Assembly: GCA_041659525.1 (NCBI GenBank) | Contig: JBAZYC010000001.1 | Coordinates: 321,775 to 385,774, forward strand | Direction: 5' to 3' | DNA: 64,000 nucleotides | Source: an archaeon | Lineage (GTDB): Archaea > Iainarchaeota > Iainarchaeia > Iainarchaeales > JAAZKV01 | In this document: piece by piece, positions 29,207 through 38,328 of the stretch | Numbering within the stretch: position 1 is the stretch's first letter | Layout: every line of letters starts with the position of its first letter | The notes under the pieces: generated by a model | Told to the model about the DNA's origin: nothing | Seen by the model: the letters and a program-made list of their open reading frames with translations, nothing else | Database searches by the model: none | Program-made: the position numbers and the translations under genes

Positions 29207-29635
29207 TTATTTCATTTTCTTTAGTTTTTCTAAGTAAGCTTCTTCTATTTGTCCAATTGGTTTTCTTTTCTCAATATCTTCATTCGGGTAGTGCCAAAAT
29301 CCGATTGTTGATTCAGTTGGTTTCCAACAAAAGAGGATTTCTTTGTTTTCTAACTTTGAATAAAAATCAATTTCCATTTTTTCAATATCGCGAACAATAC
29401 AACCCTGTCTTATCAAAAAACCTAGTAAAGAATATAGTTCTACATTTTTTTCGTGAAAATTCTTGTTTAATTCTACTTCAAGTAAAAAATTTTCCACATT
29501 ATCTTCCTCAAATTCTATTTTGGTGTTATCAAGTAAAGAGAGTTGTTCATTTAGTTCTTGGAGTTTTTCAATATCCACCCTCATTTTTTTTATGAATTCG
29601 TTTGCCTCTCTTAGTGAAAAATAAATCCTTGACAT
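29207..29635 (-). CDS. DUF2203-like protein
   Basis: 142-aa ORF. YFSLREANEFI... followed by GCIVRDIEKMEIDF...ILFCWKPTESTIGFWH...RKPI resembles the DUF2203 pattern. Confidence 0.5.
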   Translation of the reverse strand: MSRIYFSLREANEFIKKMRVDIEKLQELNEQLSLLDNTKIEFEEDNVENFLLEVELNKNFHEKNVELYSLLGFLIRQGCIVRDIEKMEIDFYSKLENKEILFCWKPTESTIGFWHYPNEDIEKRKPIGQIEEAYLEKLKKMK

Positions 29636-29706
29636 AATAATTTGACTATAGCAAAGTGTTTAAAATACTAAAAGAAGAGATAGTTATTTACTAATCTTGT
29701 GATTTT

Positions 29707-30939
29707 GTGAAACAGCATAAACCTGAGCTATTAGTTGGAGTAGGAGATAACACTTGCGCAATTGCTGCAGTACAAAATGGAGCGGATGCGGTTTACTTTG
29801 GAGTTAAAGGTTACAACATGCGGGACCTCGGAACTAATTTTAGTGAAAAAGATTTAACGCAGTTAATGAAGTACTTGCACAAAAACAAAGTGAAAGGATA
29901 TTTAGCATTGAATACAATTATTTTTGAAGAAGAACTACTCACGGTTGAAAAGATTTTAAAAGAAGCAAAGAAAGCTAAGGTTGACGGGATAATTCTTTCC
30001 GATTTAGCTGTTCTTGCTATTGCAAGAAAATTAAAACTAACTTGCTTTTTGAGTACTCAAGCTTCCGTGAGTAATTCACTTTCTTTAAAGCAATACAAAA
30101 AACTTGGTGTGAAAAGAATTGTTCTTGCACGCGAACTAAGTTTGGACCAAATAAAAAAAGTTACTAAAATTGCAAATAAAATTGGAATTGAAATAGAAAT
30201 TTTTATTCATGGAGCAATGTGTATTAGCGTTTCAGGAAGATGCTTTTTGAGTCACGAAGCTTTTGGAAGAAGTGCTAATAGAGGAGAGTGCTTACAGCCT
30301 TGTAGGCGAGCTTTTTTCTTAGATGGTTCTGCTCCTGATTATGAAAAAAAAGAAGTTTACTTACAAGGGGATACAATTCTTTCTGCTAAAGACATGAAAA
30401 CAATTGAATTTTTAGATAAAATAATTGCATCTGGCGTTGAATCATTAAAGATAGAAGGAAGAACTAAACCAAGCGATTACGTTGCAACTACTACTAAATG
30501 TTATAGAGAAGGAATTGATTCGGTAATCAATAAAACTTTTTCAAAAGAAAAAATAAATAATTGGAATGAAGAACTTGCTAAAGTTTACAATAGAGGATTT
30601 TCTAGCGGATTCTTTTTAGATAAACCCTCTGGAAAAGATTTGGCTAAAGGGCAAGGGAGCGTTCAAACTCAAAAGAGAGTTAATGTTGGACTTGTAAATA
30701 ATTACTTTGTAAAAATCGGGGTTGCTGAAATAAAACTCTATGATGCTGTTGGAAATATTTCTGTTGGAGACAAAATAATTATTGAAGGAGAAACAACTTT
30801 TATTGAACAAACCATTGAATCAATGCAACAAAATCACAAAAGTGTAAAAGAAGCTAAAGCTGGCGAAATGGTTGGAATAAAAATTAGAGAAAGAGTTAGA
30901 CCAAATGATAAGGTTTTCAAATTAGTTGAAAGAAAATAA
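29707..30939 (+). CDS. Peptidase U32 family protein (short form)
   Basis: 410-aa ORF with PELLVGVG...NGADAVYFGVKGYNMR, FIHGAMCISVSGRC and SANRGECLQPCRR, the U32 signature region. Confidence 0.88.
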   Translation: MKQHKPELLVGVGDNTCAIAAVQNGADAVYFGVKGYNMRDLGTNFSEKDLTQLMKYLHKNKVKGYLALNTIIFEEELLTVEKILKEAKKAKVDGIILSDLAVLAIARKLKLTCFLSTQASVSNSLSLKQYKKLGVKRIVLARELSLDQIKKVTKIANKIGIEIEIFIHGAMCISVSGRCFLSHEAFGRSANRGECLQPCRRAFFLDGSAPDYEKKEVYLQGDTILSAKDMKTIEFLDKIIASGVESLKIEGRTKPSDYVATTTKCYREGIDSVINKTFSKEKINNWNEELAKVYNRGFSSGFFLDKPSGKDLAKGQGSVQTQKRVNVGLVNNYFVKIGVAEIKLYDAVGNISVGDKIIIEGETTFIEQTIESMQQNHKSVKEAKAGEMVGIKIRERVRPNDKVFKLVERK

Positions 30940-30966
30940 ATTAAAATTCTTTTATTTTCAATTTTT

Positions 30967-31782
30967 CTAAGAGTACAATTTTTTCTTTCTATTATTAGCA
31001 TACATTGCTATTCCTGCAATTATTACTAGTGCAACTAAAAAAATCATCCCAATTGTAAGACTTTGATTTGATCCCAAAGCAAATAATCCTCCAAAGACAG
31101 CATTCTCAACTGCTTTTGTTTTTGTTAGTTCGTTTAAATCAGAACCAATTTGTGTTAGTACTTCTTCTTTTGTTTTATCGCTTTCTTGTAAAGAAGAAAC
31201 TTTACTATTTATTTGATTAAGTGAATTTACTAAATCCACATTTGCTTGTCTTAATTTTGTTAGTTCTTCTTGTTTTAAATTCAAATCTTGTTGAAGAGTA
31301 GTAATTGTTTTGTTTTGATTGTTTACTGTTACTTGCATACTACCTAATTTTGAATTTAGTTCTTCCCTTTCTGAATAAGAGAGTGGTCTAAAAAAAGTTA
31401 TTTGAACAGAAGTAGAGTCTTCTAAAGAACTTCCTTGAAATATTTTTGCTTCAAGTGCTTTTTCTCCTTCACTTTCTCCAGCAAATGAAATAACTATTTT
31501 GTTTGAATAAATATTGTAACTAATTACTTTTTCATTAGTGTAAATACCAGATCCATCAAGCGAACTAAGGATTAGTTCGTTATCTAAATATACTTTTAGT
31601 TCTGCTCCGCTAGGAAGAGAGTAACTAACAGCGGCAGACCATTGGGTCCCTGCAGGGATATTTTGTTCAGTAGAAATACTTAGTGCTGTGCAAGTACTCA
31701 AAGAAAACAAGCAGAATAGCAAAAAAGCAATTAAATTCAGTTTATTCATTTTATCACTGGTTGTATTACAGAGTAATTTCAC
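30967..31782 (-). CDS. Secreted coiled-coil surface protein with C-terminal GLFALGSN motif, TM anchor and basic tail
   Basis: 271-aa ORF with an N-terminal signal (IAFLLFCLFSLSTCTA) and central heptad-like Leu/Gln/Asn-rich region. The C-terminus reads VFGGLFALGSNQSLTIGMIFLVALVIIAGIAMYANNRKKKLYS. Confidence 0.55.
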   Translation of the reverse strand: MKLLCNTTSDKMNKLNLIAFLLFCLFSLSTCTALSISTEQNIPAGTQWSAAVSYSLPSGAELKVYLDNELILSSLDGSGIYTNEKVISYNIYSNKIVISFAGESEGEKALEAKIFQGSSLEDSTSVQITFFRPLSYSEREELNSKLGSMQVTVNNQNKTITTLQQDLNLKQEELTKLRQANVDLVNSLNQINSKVSSLQESDKTKEEVLTQIGSDLNELTKTKAVENAVFGGLFALGSNQSLTIGMIFLVALVIIAGIAMYANNRKKKLYS

Positions 31783-31849
31783 GGAGCTATAATAATCTTC
31801 GCCCCCTATCTAAAAAAGAATAAATAGGGGTTTAGGACCTATTCTACTC

Positions 31850-32782
31850 ATGAAAGAAGCAGTGCCTATTTACTCAGAAGATCAACTAAAAGTTCTTTCT
31901 CTTCTTAGTGAATCCAAAAAAAAGAACTCTAAAATAAAATTGTACTTAATGGTCGCCCCTAGTTTTGTAGTGGATTTTGATTACTTAAGTTTTGTTCCAC
32001 TAATGAAATCATTGGGTTTTGATAAAGTAACTGAACTTACTTTCGGAGCAAAAATAGTTAATCAACACTACCACAAGTACATCAAAGAACATTATACTAA
32101 TTACATTCAAGGAAAGAAGAAAGATAAAAATTTTCAAGAAAAATTTATTGCAAGTGTTTGCCCTTCTTCAGTTGAGCTAATAAAAAACAGATATCCTGAA
32201 TTAAAAAAATATTTGCTTCCTTTTGATTCTCCAATGGGCGCAATGGCCAAAGTTATTAGAAAGAATTTCCCTACTCACAAAATAATTTTCCTTTCCCCTT
32301 GCTCTGCAAAGAAATTTGAGGCAAAAAAACTTTTGGACAAAAAAGGAAAAGTATTAATTACAGCTACTCTTACTTTTGAGGAAATGAAAAAAATTATTTC
32401 AAACGAAAATCCAGTAGCAAAAAAGATTTCCCATAAATTTGATTCCTTTTACAATGATTATACAAAAATCTACCCTCTTGCTGGGGGATTAGGTAAAACT
32501 CTTCACGCTAAAGATATTTTAAAAGAAAGTGAAATGGTTGCGTGCGATGGTTGCAAAGATATTATGAATATTTTTAATAAAAATTCAAATAAAGTTTTTT
32601 ATGATCTTTTGTTTTGCTCAGGCGGTTGCATTGGCGGACCGGGGGTAAAGAGTGGAATGCCTATTTTTTTACGAAAACTAAGTATGAAGGGTTATGTTAG
32701 TATTGCAAAAAAAGAAAACATGGATGGGAAGAGAGGAAAAGGAGAATACGCTAAAGGAATTGATTTTTCTAAAGAATTCTAA
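31850..32782 (+). CDS. [FeFe]-hydrogenase catalytic-domain-like protein (HydA/Nar1-like, no ferredoxin domains)
   Basis: 310-aa ORF with motifs matching H-cluster-domain positions: IASVCPSS (TSCCP-like, first Cys replaced by Val), LSPCSAKKFEA (MPCxxKxxE) and FCSGGCIGGPG (CxxGCxxGxG). Confidence 0.7.
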   Translation: MKEAVPIYSEDQLKVLSLLSESKKKNSKIKLYLMVAPSFVVDFDYLSFVPLMKSLGFDKVTELTFGAKIVNQHYHKYIKEHYTNYIQGKKKDKNFQEKFIASVCPSSVELIKNRYPELKKYLLPFDSPMGAMAKVIRKNFPTHKIIFLSPCSAKKFEAKKLLDKKGKVLITATLTFEEMKKIISNENPVAKKISHKFDSFYNDYTKIYPLAGGLGKTLHAKDILKESEMVACDGCKDIMNIFNKNSNKVFYDLLFCSGGCIGGPGVKSGMPIFLRKLSMKGYVSIAKKENMDGKRGKGEYAKGIDFSKEF

Positions 32783-32866
32783 TTCGCATAATACAACCAA
32801 GTTAGTTTCATTAAAAAGTTCTAACTTTTTTTCTGTTTTTATTACTTTCCAACTAGAACAATAAGT

Positions 32867-33997
32867 ATGATTTACCACGTTGTTACCACTCCTGAATGCA
32901 ACTTGTGCTGTGAGTACTGTTGCGGAAAATCTTTTAGCGAACCTGAGAGTAAACTAAAATTTGAACCGGTTCCAATTAGACCTGAGTATTCTATTAACGA
33001 GTTAAACAAATTTCTAAAAAAAGATAAAGACGAACCTATTTCAATTATTTTTTACGGCGGAGAACCGTTAATGGAAATTGATTTTATTATTGACGCAATG
33101 GATCTTCAAACTAAATACAAAACTGTAACCAATTTTTTAATTCAAACAAACGGAATTTTGCTTGATAAATTACCTGCAAAGTACTTGAACCGATTTCACA
33201 CCATCCTTGTTTCTATTGATGGGGGAAAAGAAATTACTAACAAAAATAGAGGAGAGGGAACTTGGGAAAAAGTTACTGAAAATTTAAAATTAATTAGAAA
33301 AAATGGATTCAAAGGAGAAATTATTGCAAGAATGGCTGTTGAAGAACCAACTGATTTCTTTTCTGATGTAATGGATTTAGTAGAACCAATTGACCCACTT
33401 GCGTTTAAGTTTACTAGTGTGCATTGGCAACTTGATGCAAATATGTGGCACGATTATGAGAAAAGAGATTTTGCTAAATGGAGCAAAATATACAATGAAG
33501 GAGTTTCTAAACTCGCTGATTACTGGTTAAACAAAATGGAAGAAGAAACTTTTATTAGATTTTATCCTTTTATGGGGATAATGGACACTTTGATTTATCA
33601 CACTGAGTATCATTTAAGATGTGGATCAGGAATTGGAAACTTTACAATTCTCCCTAATGGAAAAATTAGTGCTTGCCCTATTATGAGCGGAGTAAAGGAA
33701 TATTATTTGGGGGACATTAAGACCACTGACCCCATGACTTTGCCTTTTAGATTAACTGTTAAAGAACCTTGTACTTCTTGCAAAGATTTTGAACTATGTG
33801 GAGGACGATGCTTGTATAGTAATCTTAATCCTGTTTGGCCAAAAAAAGGAATTGAAGAAGTATGCAATACCACTCGGCACTTAATTAAGGAAATGAAAAG
33901 AGCTGCCCCCATAGTTAAAGAACTAATACTCGAGAAAAAGATTTTCAAAAAAGATTTGAAATTCTTAAAATATAATTGCGCAGAAATAATTCCTTGA
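32867..33997 (+). CDS. Radical SAM enzyme with SPASM domain
   Basis: 376-aa ORF with the CxxxCxxC cluster CNLCCEYC near the N-terminus and GGEPL. The C-terminal SPASM pattern is CGSG...G...C then CTSCKDFELCGGRC (Cx2Cx5Cx3C). Confidence 0.85.
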   Translation: MIYHVVTTPECNLCCEYCCGKSFSEPESKLKFEPVPIRPEYSINELNKFLKKDKDEPISIIFYGGEPLMEIDFIIDAMDLQTKYKTVTNFLIQTNGILLDKLPAKYLNRFHTILVSIDGGKEITNKNRGEGTWEKVTENLKLIRKNGFKGEIIARMAVEEPTDFFSDVMDLVEPIDPLAFKFTSVHWQLDANMWHDYEKRDFAKWSKIYNEGVSKLADYWLNKMEEETFIRFYPFMGIMDTLIYHTEYHLRCGSGIGNFTILPNGKISACPIMSGVKEYYLGDIKTTDPMTLPFRLTVKEPCTSCKDFELCGGRCLYSNLNPVWPKKGIEEVCNTTRHLIKEMKRAAPIVKELILEKKIFKKDLKFLKYNCAEIIP

Positions 33998-34039
33998 AAT
34001 TAACTAATCTCTATTTTATCACTTAAGTTAAAATTAGAT

Positions 34040-34780
34040 TTATTTGCGTGGAGGAAAAATTAATTGATTAATTTTTTCACGTATTTGGTCATTTGTTTTT
34101 GATTCTCTTAAAATTCGCCTAACTTTATTTTCCCCTTTGAAAACACTTAATGCTTTAAATGCAACCCTTGGGCCAGTAGCACCTACCAATCTTTTTACAT
34201 TTTTGGGACCTACAACAAGTAACTCCCACATATTTTCTATACCCCCAACTTCTTGATTTATTCTAAAAAAATCACGGGCACCAAAAGTATAGAGCCCTTG
34301 AACAGCAATGTGCAAATGATGATCTGGAATATTGGATAAACGTTTAACAGTGCCTAAATCATATTTCTTAACCAAATTTAATATCCCTTCTACCCCTAAC
34401 CCTTTATCCAAATGAACTAATGTTTCTTTTCCAAGATTATCCATTAGAAAAATAACTTTTTTCGTTGTTACTTTTGCAACTAACTTGCGCCCAAGTTCAA
34501 AACCAAGAGTGTCAACAATTTTTCTCGCATCTTTAATAGAAACTCCTCTATAATTTTTTGCAATATAGACTATTTCTTTAAGTCGTTCCTTATGATTCTC
34601 CCTCGCCAAAACATCAAATTTGGAAGGTAAATTTCGTGTTGGGGTGACTGCTTTAGATTCCCACTCACTCATAAGCACAGTTGCCATATTATTCCCTCTC
34701 TTTTCCCAAAAAATATTTGGCTTATGCCCTTTTGGTGTTTTTGAAGGACCCATTTTAACTCTTTTTTGCATAATTAACAA
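34040..34780 (-). CDS. Hypothetical protein
   Basis: 246-aa ORF with non-repetitive, balanced composition. No family was recognised. Confidence 0.4.
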   Translation of the reverse strand: MLIMQKRVKMGPSKTPKGHKPNIFWEKRGNNMATVLMSEWESKAVTPTRNLPSKFDVLARENHKERLKEIVYIAKNYRGVSIKDARKIVDTLGFELGRKLVAKVTTKKVIFLMDNLGKETLVHLDKGLGVEGILNLVKKYDLGTVKRLSNIPDHHLHIAVQGLYTFGARDFFRINQEVGGIENMWELLVVGPKNVKRLVGATGPRVAFKALSVFKGENKVRRILRESKTNDQIREKINQLIFPPRK

Positions 34781-34828
34781 TAGTGCGTATTAGTTTAAAA
34801 TAGAATTTAACTAAGAAAACACTTTGGA

Positions 34829-35734
34829 TTATTTCTTCTTTATTTTTGCTAAAAAGAATTGTTGAGTGTCATTATCTTGTGGGTATAATCTTACACAATT
34901 TTTGCATAATTTATTTTCTCTGATTTTTATTCCGGGAAGTTCTATTTTCATAACCTCGGCATTTTTATGGGTGTCCAACAATTTGAGAACTACTTCTTCG
35001 TTTTCTTCAGGAGCAAAAGAACAGGTAGCATAAACCATTTCCCCGCCCACTCTTAAAAGTTCAAACGCGGCTAAGATTAATTCTTTTTGAGTAGTTGCTT
35101 TTCTTTGAACTAATTTTTCATTCCAATCTCTTAAAGCATCTCTATCTTTTCTAACAAGTCCTTCGCTTGAGCAAGGAGCATCAAGTAGAACTTTGTCAAA
35201 CTTTTCTTTTTGTGCAGGAAGTAGGTTTCTAAAATCGATTCTCTTTACTTCCACGTTTTTTAATTCATATTTTTCTTTGTTTAACAAAAGTGGTTTTATT
35301 CTTTCAGTATTAACATCGCAAGCAACTATTTTTCCTTTGTTTTGCATTAAATTACTCAGTTGAATTGTTTTCATTCCGGGCGCAGCACAAGCATCAAGCA
35401 CAAATTCTTTTTCTCTTGGAGCAAGTACTATTGCAGGCAACATTGCGGCTTTTTCTTGGAGAGAAATTTTTCCAAATTCAAATTCTCTAAGCGAACCAGG
35501 TCTTTCATAATCAAGTCCAAAGGCTTGTTCGTGAAAAGGCAATTGTTCTAACTTTACTCCGTGGTTTTCAAGTGAAGGAATTGTTTCTTTTAAAACAGCT
35601 TTATTAGAATTTAACCAAAAACTCTTTGGTTGTTTTCTTTGAATACAAGCGAAAAATACTTCCCACTCAGTACCCAAGAGTTCTTTGTATTTATCAATGA
35701 ACTCCTCAGGAAAAAAAGTTTTTTTAGTACTCAT
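34829..35734 (-). CDS. NOL1/NOP2/Sun-family RNA cytosine-C5 methyltransferase
   Basis: 301-aa ORF with the SAM motif VLDACAAPGMKT and the catalytic Cys motifs LLDAPCSSEG and VYATCSFAPEENE. Confidence 0.88.
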   Translation of the reverse strand: MSTKKTFFPEEFIDKYKELLGTEWEVFFACIQRKQPKSFWLNSNKAVLKETIPSLENHGVKLEQLPFHEQAFGLDYERPGSLREFEFGKISLQEKAAMLPAIVLAPREKEFVLDACAAPGMKTIQLSNLMQNKGKIVACDVNTERIKPLLLNKEKYELKNVEVKRIDFRNLLPAQKEKFDKVLLDAPCSSEGLVRKDRDALRDWNEKLVQRKATTQKELILAAFELLRVGGEMVYATCSFAPEENEEVVLKLLDTHKNAEVMKIELPGIKIRENKLCKNCVRLYPQDNDTQQFFLAKIKKK

Positions 35735-35804
35735 AAATAAAACAATAATAAAAAGAGTTTAAGTATTGCTCGGTTAAAACCAAAAGCGAGTTAATTTTCT
35801 TTGA

Positions 35805-36011
35805 TTAGGGCGTATTAGTATCTGTTAGTGTTTTATCGATATCATTTAGTGATTGACTTATTCCAGAAATATCAGTTCCTACATCAGTAAGGGTTTTTGA
35901 AGCATCTGAATCAGAAGTTACTTTTATTTGAGTTTCAGTTTGAGTGCACCCAAAGAACAACAGGCTTAGGGCTAGTACCACCATTGCTAAAACAATTATT
36001 CCTTTCATCAA
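35805..36011 (-). CDS. Small lipobox protein
   Basis: 68-aa ORF with signal VLALSLLFFGC-TQT, 9 nt downstream of the Kazal-domain gene. Confidence 0.45.
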   Translation of the reverse strand: MMKGIIVLAMVVLALSLLFFGCTQTETQIKVTSDSDASKTLTDVGTDISGISQSLNDIDKTLTDTNTP

Positions 36012-36020
36012 TAATCACCT

Positions 36021-37790
36021 TTATTCAAGCATTGCTAAAAGTACTTCTTTTAGTATTTCTTCTCTAATATTTTTAATTGCTTCTTTTACTTGTATTGCTT
36101 CTTCTTCTGTAAAGCTTGAAACATTATCTCTTATAATTTTTTTAACTTCATCAATTTTGATTACTGCTTGGTTTAGCAGTTCTGTTGCTCTTAAGAATTT
36201 GTTAGCATCAGCGTCTTTTCCAACGCTAGTGTAATAATCAGCTATTGCACTAGTCTTTTCAGCAGTTTTTGCCAAATCTATTTTTAATGATTCTAATTTT
36301 AATGCAAGTTCTAATAATTTTCCTTGGTCAGAAATTATTTCTTTGTTTATTTTTGTTTTATTCAAATCATCTTCTTTTGCTCCAACACAATCAGACCAAA
36401 CTAAACAGTTATTTTCATTGAATTTTGTTAAATATTTTCCACCATTTTGTTCACAATAAGAATATTTTTCAATAGGAATTTGTTCTTGGGTTATACAAGC
36501 TGAAACAAAATCTTTATCAGAACTTTTTGCGCACTCATATTTTTGACATTTTTCATCATCAAGTTTGATTACTACTTGTCCGTTTTCTTTGTAGCATTCA
36601 TCTTTCATTTTCTTTATTTCTTCATAGGGCTGTATTTCGCAAATTGGTTTTACTTGAGTAGAACAGCTTGACTCAATTCTTCCATCAGAGCACTTTTTTA
36701 TTTTGCATCCGTTTTCATCAAAATTAATTTCACAATTAGGGTCACAAGATTCTTTTACTTGGAAATCAATAACATAAACTTCCCCGCCAATACACTTTGA
36801 AATAGTGGTACTTGTTCCGCCAGCGCTTCCAGAAGCAGCCGAAACTCCGCTTGTTGCAGTTAAGTTTCCAGTTATAGGATTAGTTGCACTTGTTGTTGTA
36901 GAAGTGTTTGTAGGAGCAGGGGTGGTAGTGGTTGTTGAAGTTGTTGCTTGAGGAATAGTTGTTGCGCACTTTGTACTATATCCATTACAAAACTCATTTG
37001 CTTTTTGCTTCCATTCAGCAATAGGAACGCATTTCCCATTTGTCTCTCCAAAATAAAATTCTTTTCCATTTGAGCATTTTCCATAAGCTATTTTGTAAAA
37101 ATCTTGAGGAACATTTACTTTGCAAAAAGGATGAACGCATCCTCTTTCATCAGTTTTAGAAACTACTTCTCCATTTGGACAATAAGGAGGAGAATAAATT
37201 GGACAATCAAAAATACATTTCCCTCCCGCATCAGGATAAGTTCCATCTAATTTACAAGTAAATCCGCTAGGGCACTGAATTGCTGCAATTCCCCCACAAA
37301 ACTTTTCAGTTGAATTTTCAGCACAAGTTCCTTCACTAATTATTTCTACCCCAACGCATTTAGCCATGCACTTGTTTGAGTAAGTATTTCCATTCGCTCC
37401 GCAAACAGGCATATATTCTTTTGTACAAATACAATCAACAGGTAGTGGTTCAATTTCTTTACATTCCCCTTCATACAAAATAGTTGCATTTTCTGCGTTA
37501 GCCATGCACTTGTTTCCATAAGTTTTGATTACTTTTTGGGTAGCACATTTACACATTGCCCCAGTAGGACACTCACAAGGGAGTTGAATATAAGTTGCTC
37601 CGCAAACAGGAGCATATTCCATTGTACAAGCTATTTGAGTAGAATCAGTTTGTACTTCATTTGAATCATCAGTATTTGAATCATCAGCATTCGAATCATT
37701 AGTGTTTGAATCGTCAGTATTTGAGTCAACCGCAAATACACTCATTGCAACTAGTAGTAAGCAAAATAAAACCAAAAATTTCTTTTCCAT
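36021..37790 (-). CDS. Secreted cysteine-rich protein with Kazal-type domains, Thr-rich linker and C-terminal helical region
   Basis: 589-aa ORF with a signal peptide and a (DSNxD)n repeat. CICTKEYMPVCGANGNTYSNKCMAKCVGVEIISEGTC fits the Kazal pattern C..Y.PVCG..G.TY.N.C...C. A second Kazal-like unit has an insertion. A TTSTTTTTPAPTNTSTTTSATN linker follows. Confidence 0.7.
   Translation of the reverse strand: MEKKFLVLFCLLLVAMSVFAVDSNTDDSNTNDSNADDSNTDDSNEVQTDSTQIACTMEYAPVCGATYIQLPCECPTGAMCKCATQKVIKTYGNKCMANAENATILYEGECKEIEPLPVDCICTKEYMPVCGANGNTYSNKCMAKCVGVEIISEGTCAENSTEKFCGGIAAIQCPSGFTCKLDGTYPDAGGKCIFDCPIYSPPYCPNGEVVSKTDERGCVHPFCKVNVPQDFYKIAYGKCSNGKEFYFGETNGKCVPIAEWKQKANEFCNGYSTKCATTIPQATTSTTTTTPAPTNTSTTTSATNPITGNLTATSGVSAASGSAGGTSTTISKCIGGEVYVIDFQVKESCDPNCEINFDENGCKIKKCSDGRIESSCSTQVKPICEIQPYEEIKKMKDECYKENGQVVIKLDDEKCQKYECAKSSDKDFVSACITQEQIPIEKYSYCEQNGGKYLTKFNENNCLVWSDCVGAKEDDLNKTKINKEIISDQGKLLELALKLESLKIDLAKTAEKTSAIADYYTSVGKDADANKFLRATELLNQAVIKIDEVKKIIRDNVSSFTEEEAIQVKEAIKNIREEILKEVLLAMLE
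37661..37735 (-). repeat. 5 x 15-nt in-frame tandem repeat encoding (D-S-N-x-D)n
   Basis: On the plus strand, tttgaatcatcagta, tttgaatcatcagca, ttcgaatcattagtg, tttgaatcgtcagta and tttgagtcaaccgca lie inside the 36021..37790 CDS. Confidence 0.85.
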
Positions 37791-37922
37791 CTCTAGTAAA
37801 TAGCATTATCTAATATTTAAATCATTCCAAATTAGCTTGTTTTGCCCAAAAGATTGCTTTTTTAAGGAGTTAAGAAATAATAGTAGATTAGCTAACATTG
37901 TTAGCGGTGGATGGTGGATTAA

Positions 37923-38186
37923 ATGGGTTCAAGAGAGGAACTTGAAGACCTCAAATACGAGTACGAAAAAGCTTTGAGAGTAAAAGCTAGTCTTGAGAAG
38001 AATTACGAGAGAAGAAAAAAACTTAATCTGCTTGATAGGAACGAAGAAGAGAGTATTAAGGACGATTTAGCTGATATTGCTGGCCAAATTTCTGATCTTA
38101 GAATGAAAGTAAGAAAACTTGAGTCGCAAGGAATGCGTTCAAGAGTAATTTCTGAGACAAACGAAAAATCTCCTTGGGAAAACTAA
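37923..38186 (+). CDS. Small coiled-coil protein (unknown function)
   Basis: 87-aa charged helical ORF. GGTGGATGGTGG precedes the ATG, and a hairpin terminator follows. Confidence 0.4.
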   Translation: MGSREELEDLKYEYEKALRVKASLEKNYERRKKLNLLDRNEEESIKDDLADIAGQISDLRMKVRKLESQGMRSRVISETNEKSPWEN

Positions 38187-38202
38187 TTTTTTCTTTTATA
38201 AT

Positions 38203-38222
38203 CACAGGGTCTTTACCCTGTG
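38203..38222 (+). terminator. Hairpin terminator
   Basis: 8-bp stem cacagggt/accctgtg with loop cttt, followed by a T-rich stretch. Confidence 0.5.
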
Positions 38223-38328
38223 GTTGTTAATTTAATTTTAAAAAAAACGAACAAACCAGCTTGACTTAGTAAATAGAACAAATTCACCCTAAATAATAAA
38301 TAAGGTTATAACTTCTTTTGAAGAAAAT

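Noticed and set aside
29200-29595. 131-aa plus-strand ORF
   Set aside because: It is entirely antisense to the better-supported DUF2203-like gene, and its product is Leu/Phe-rich low complexity.
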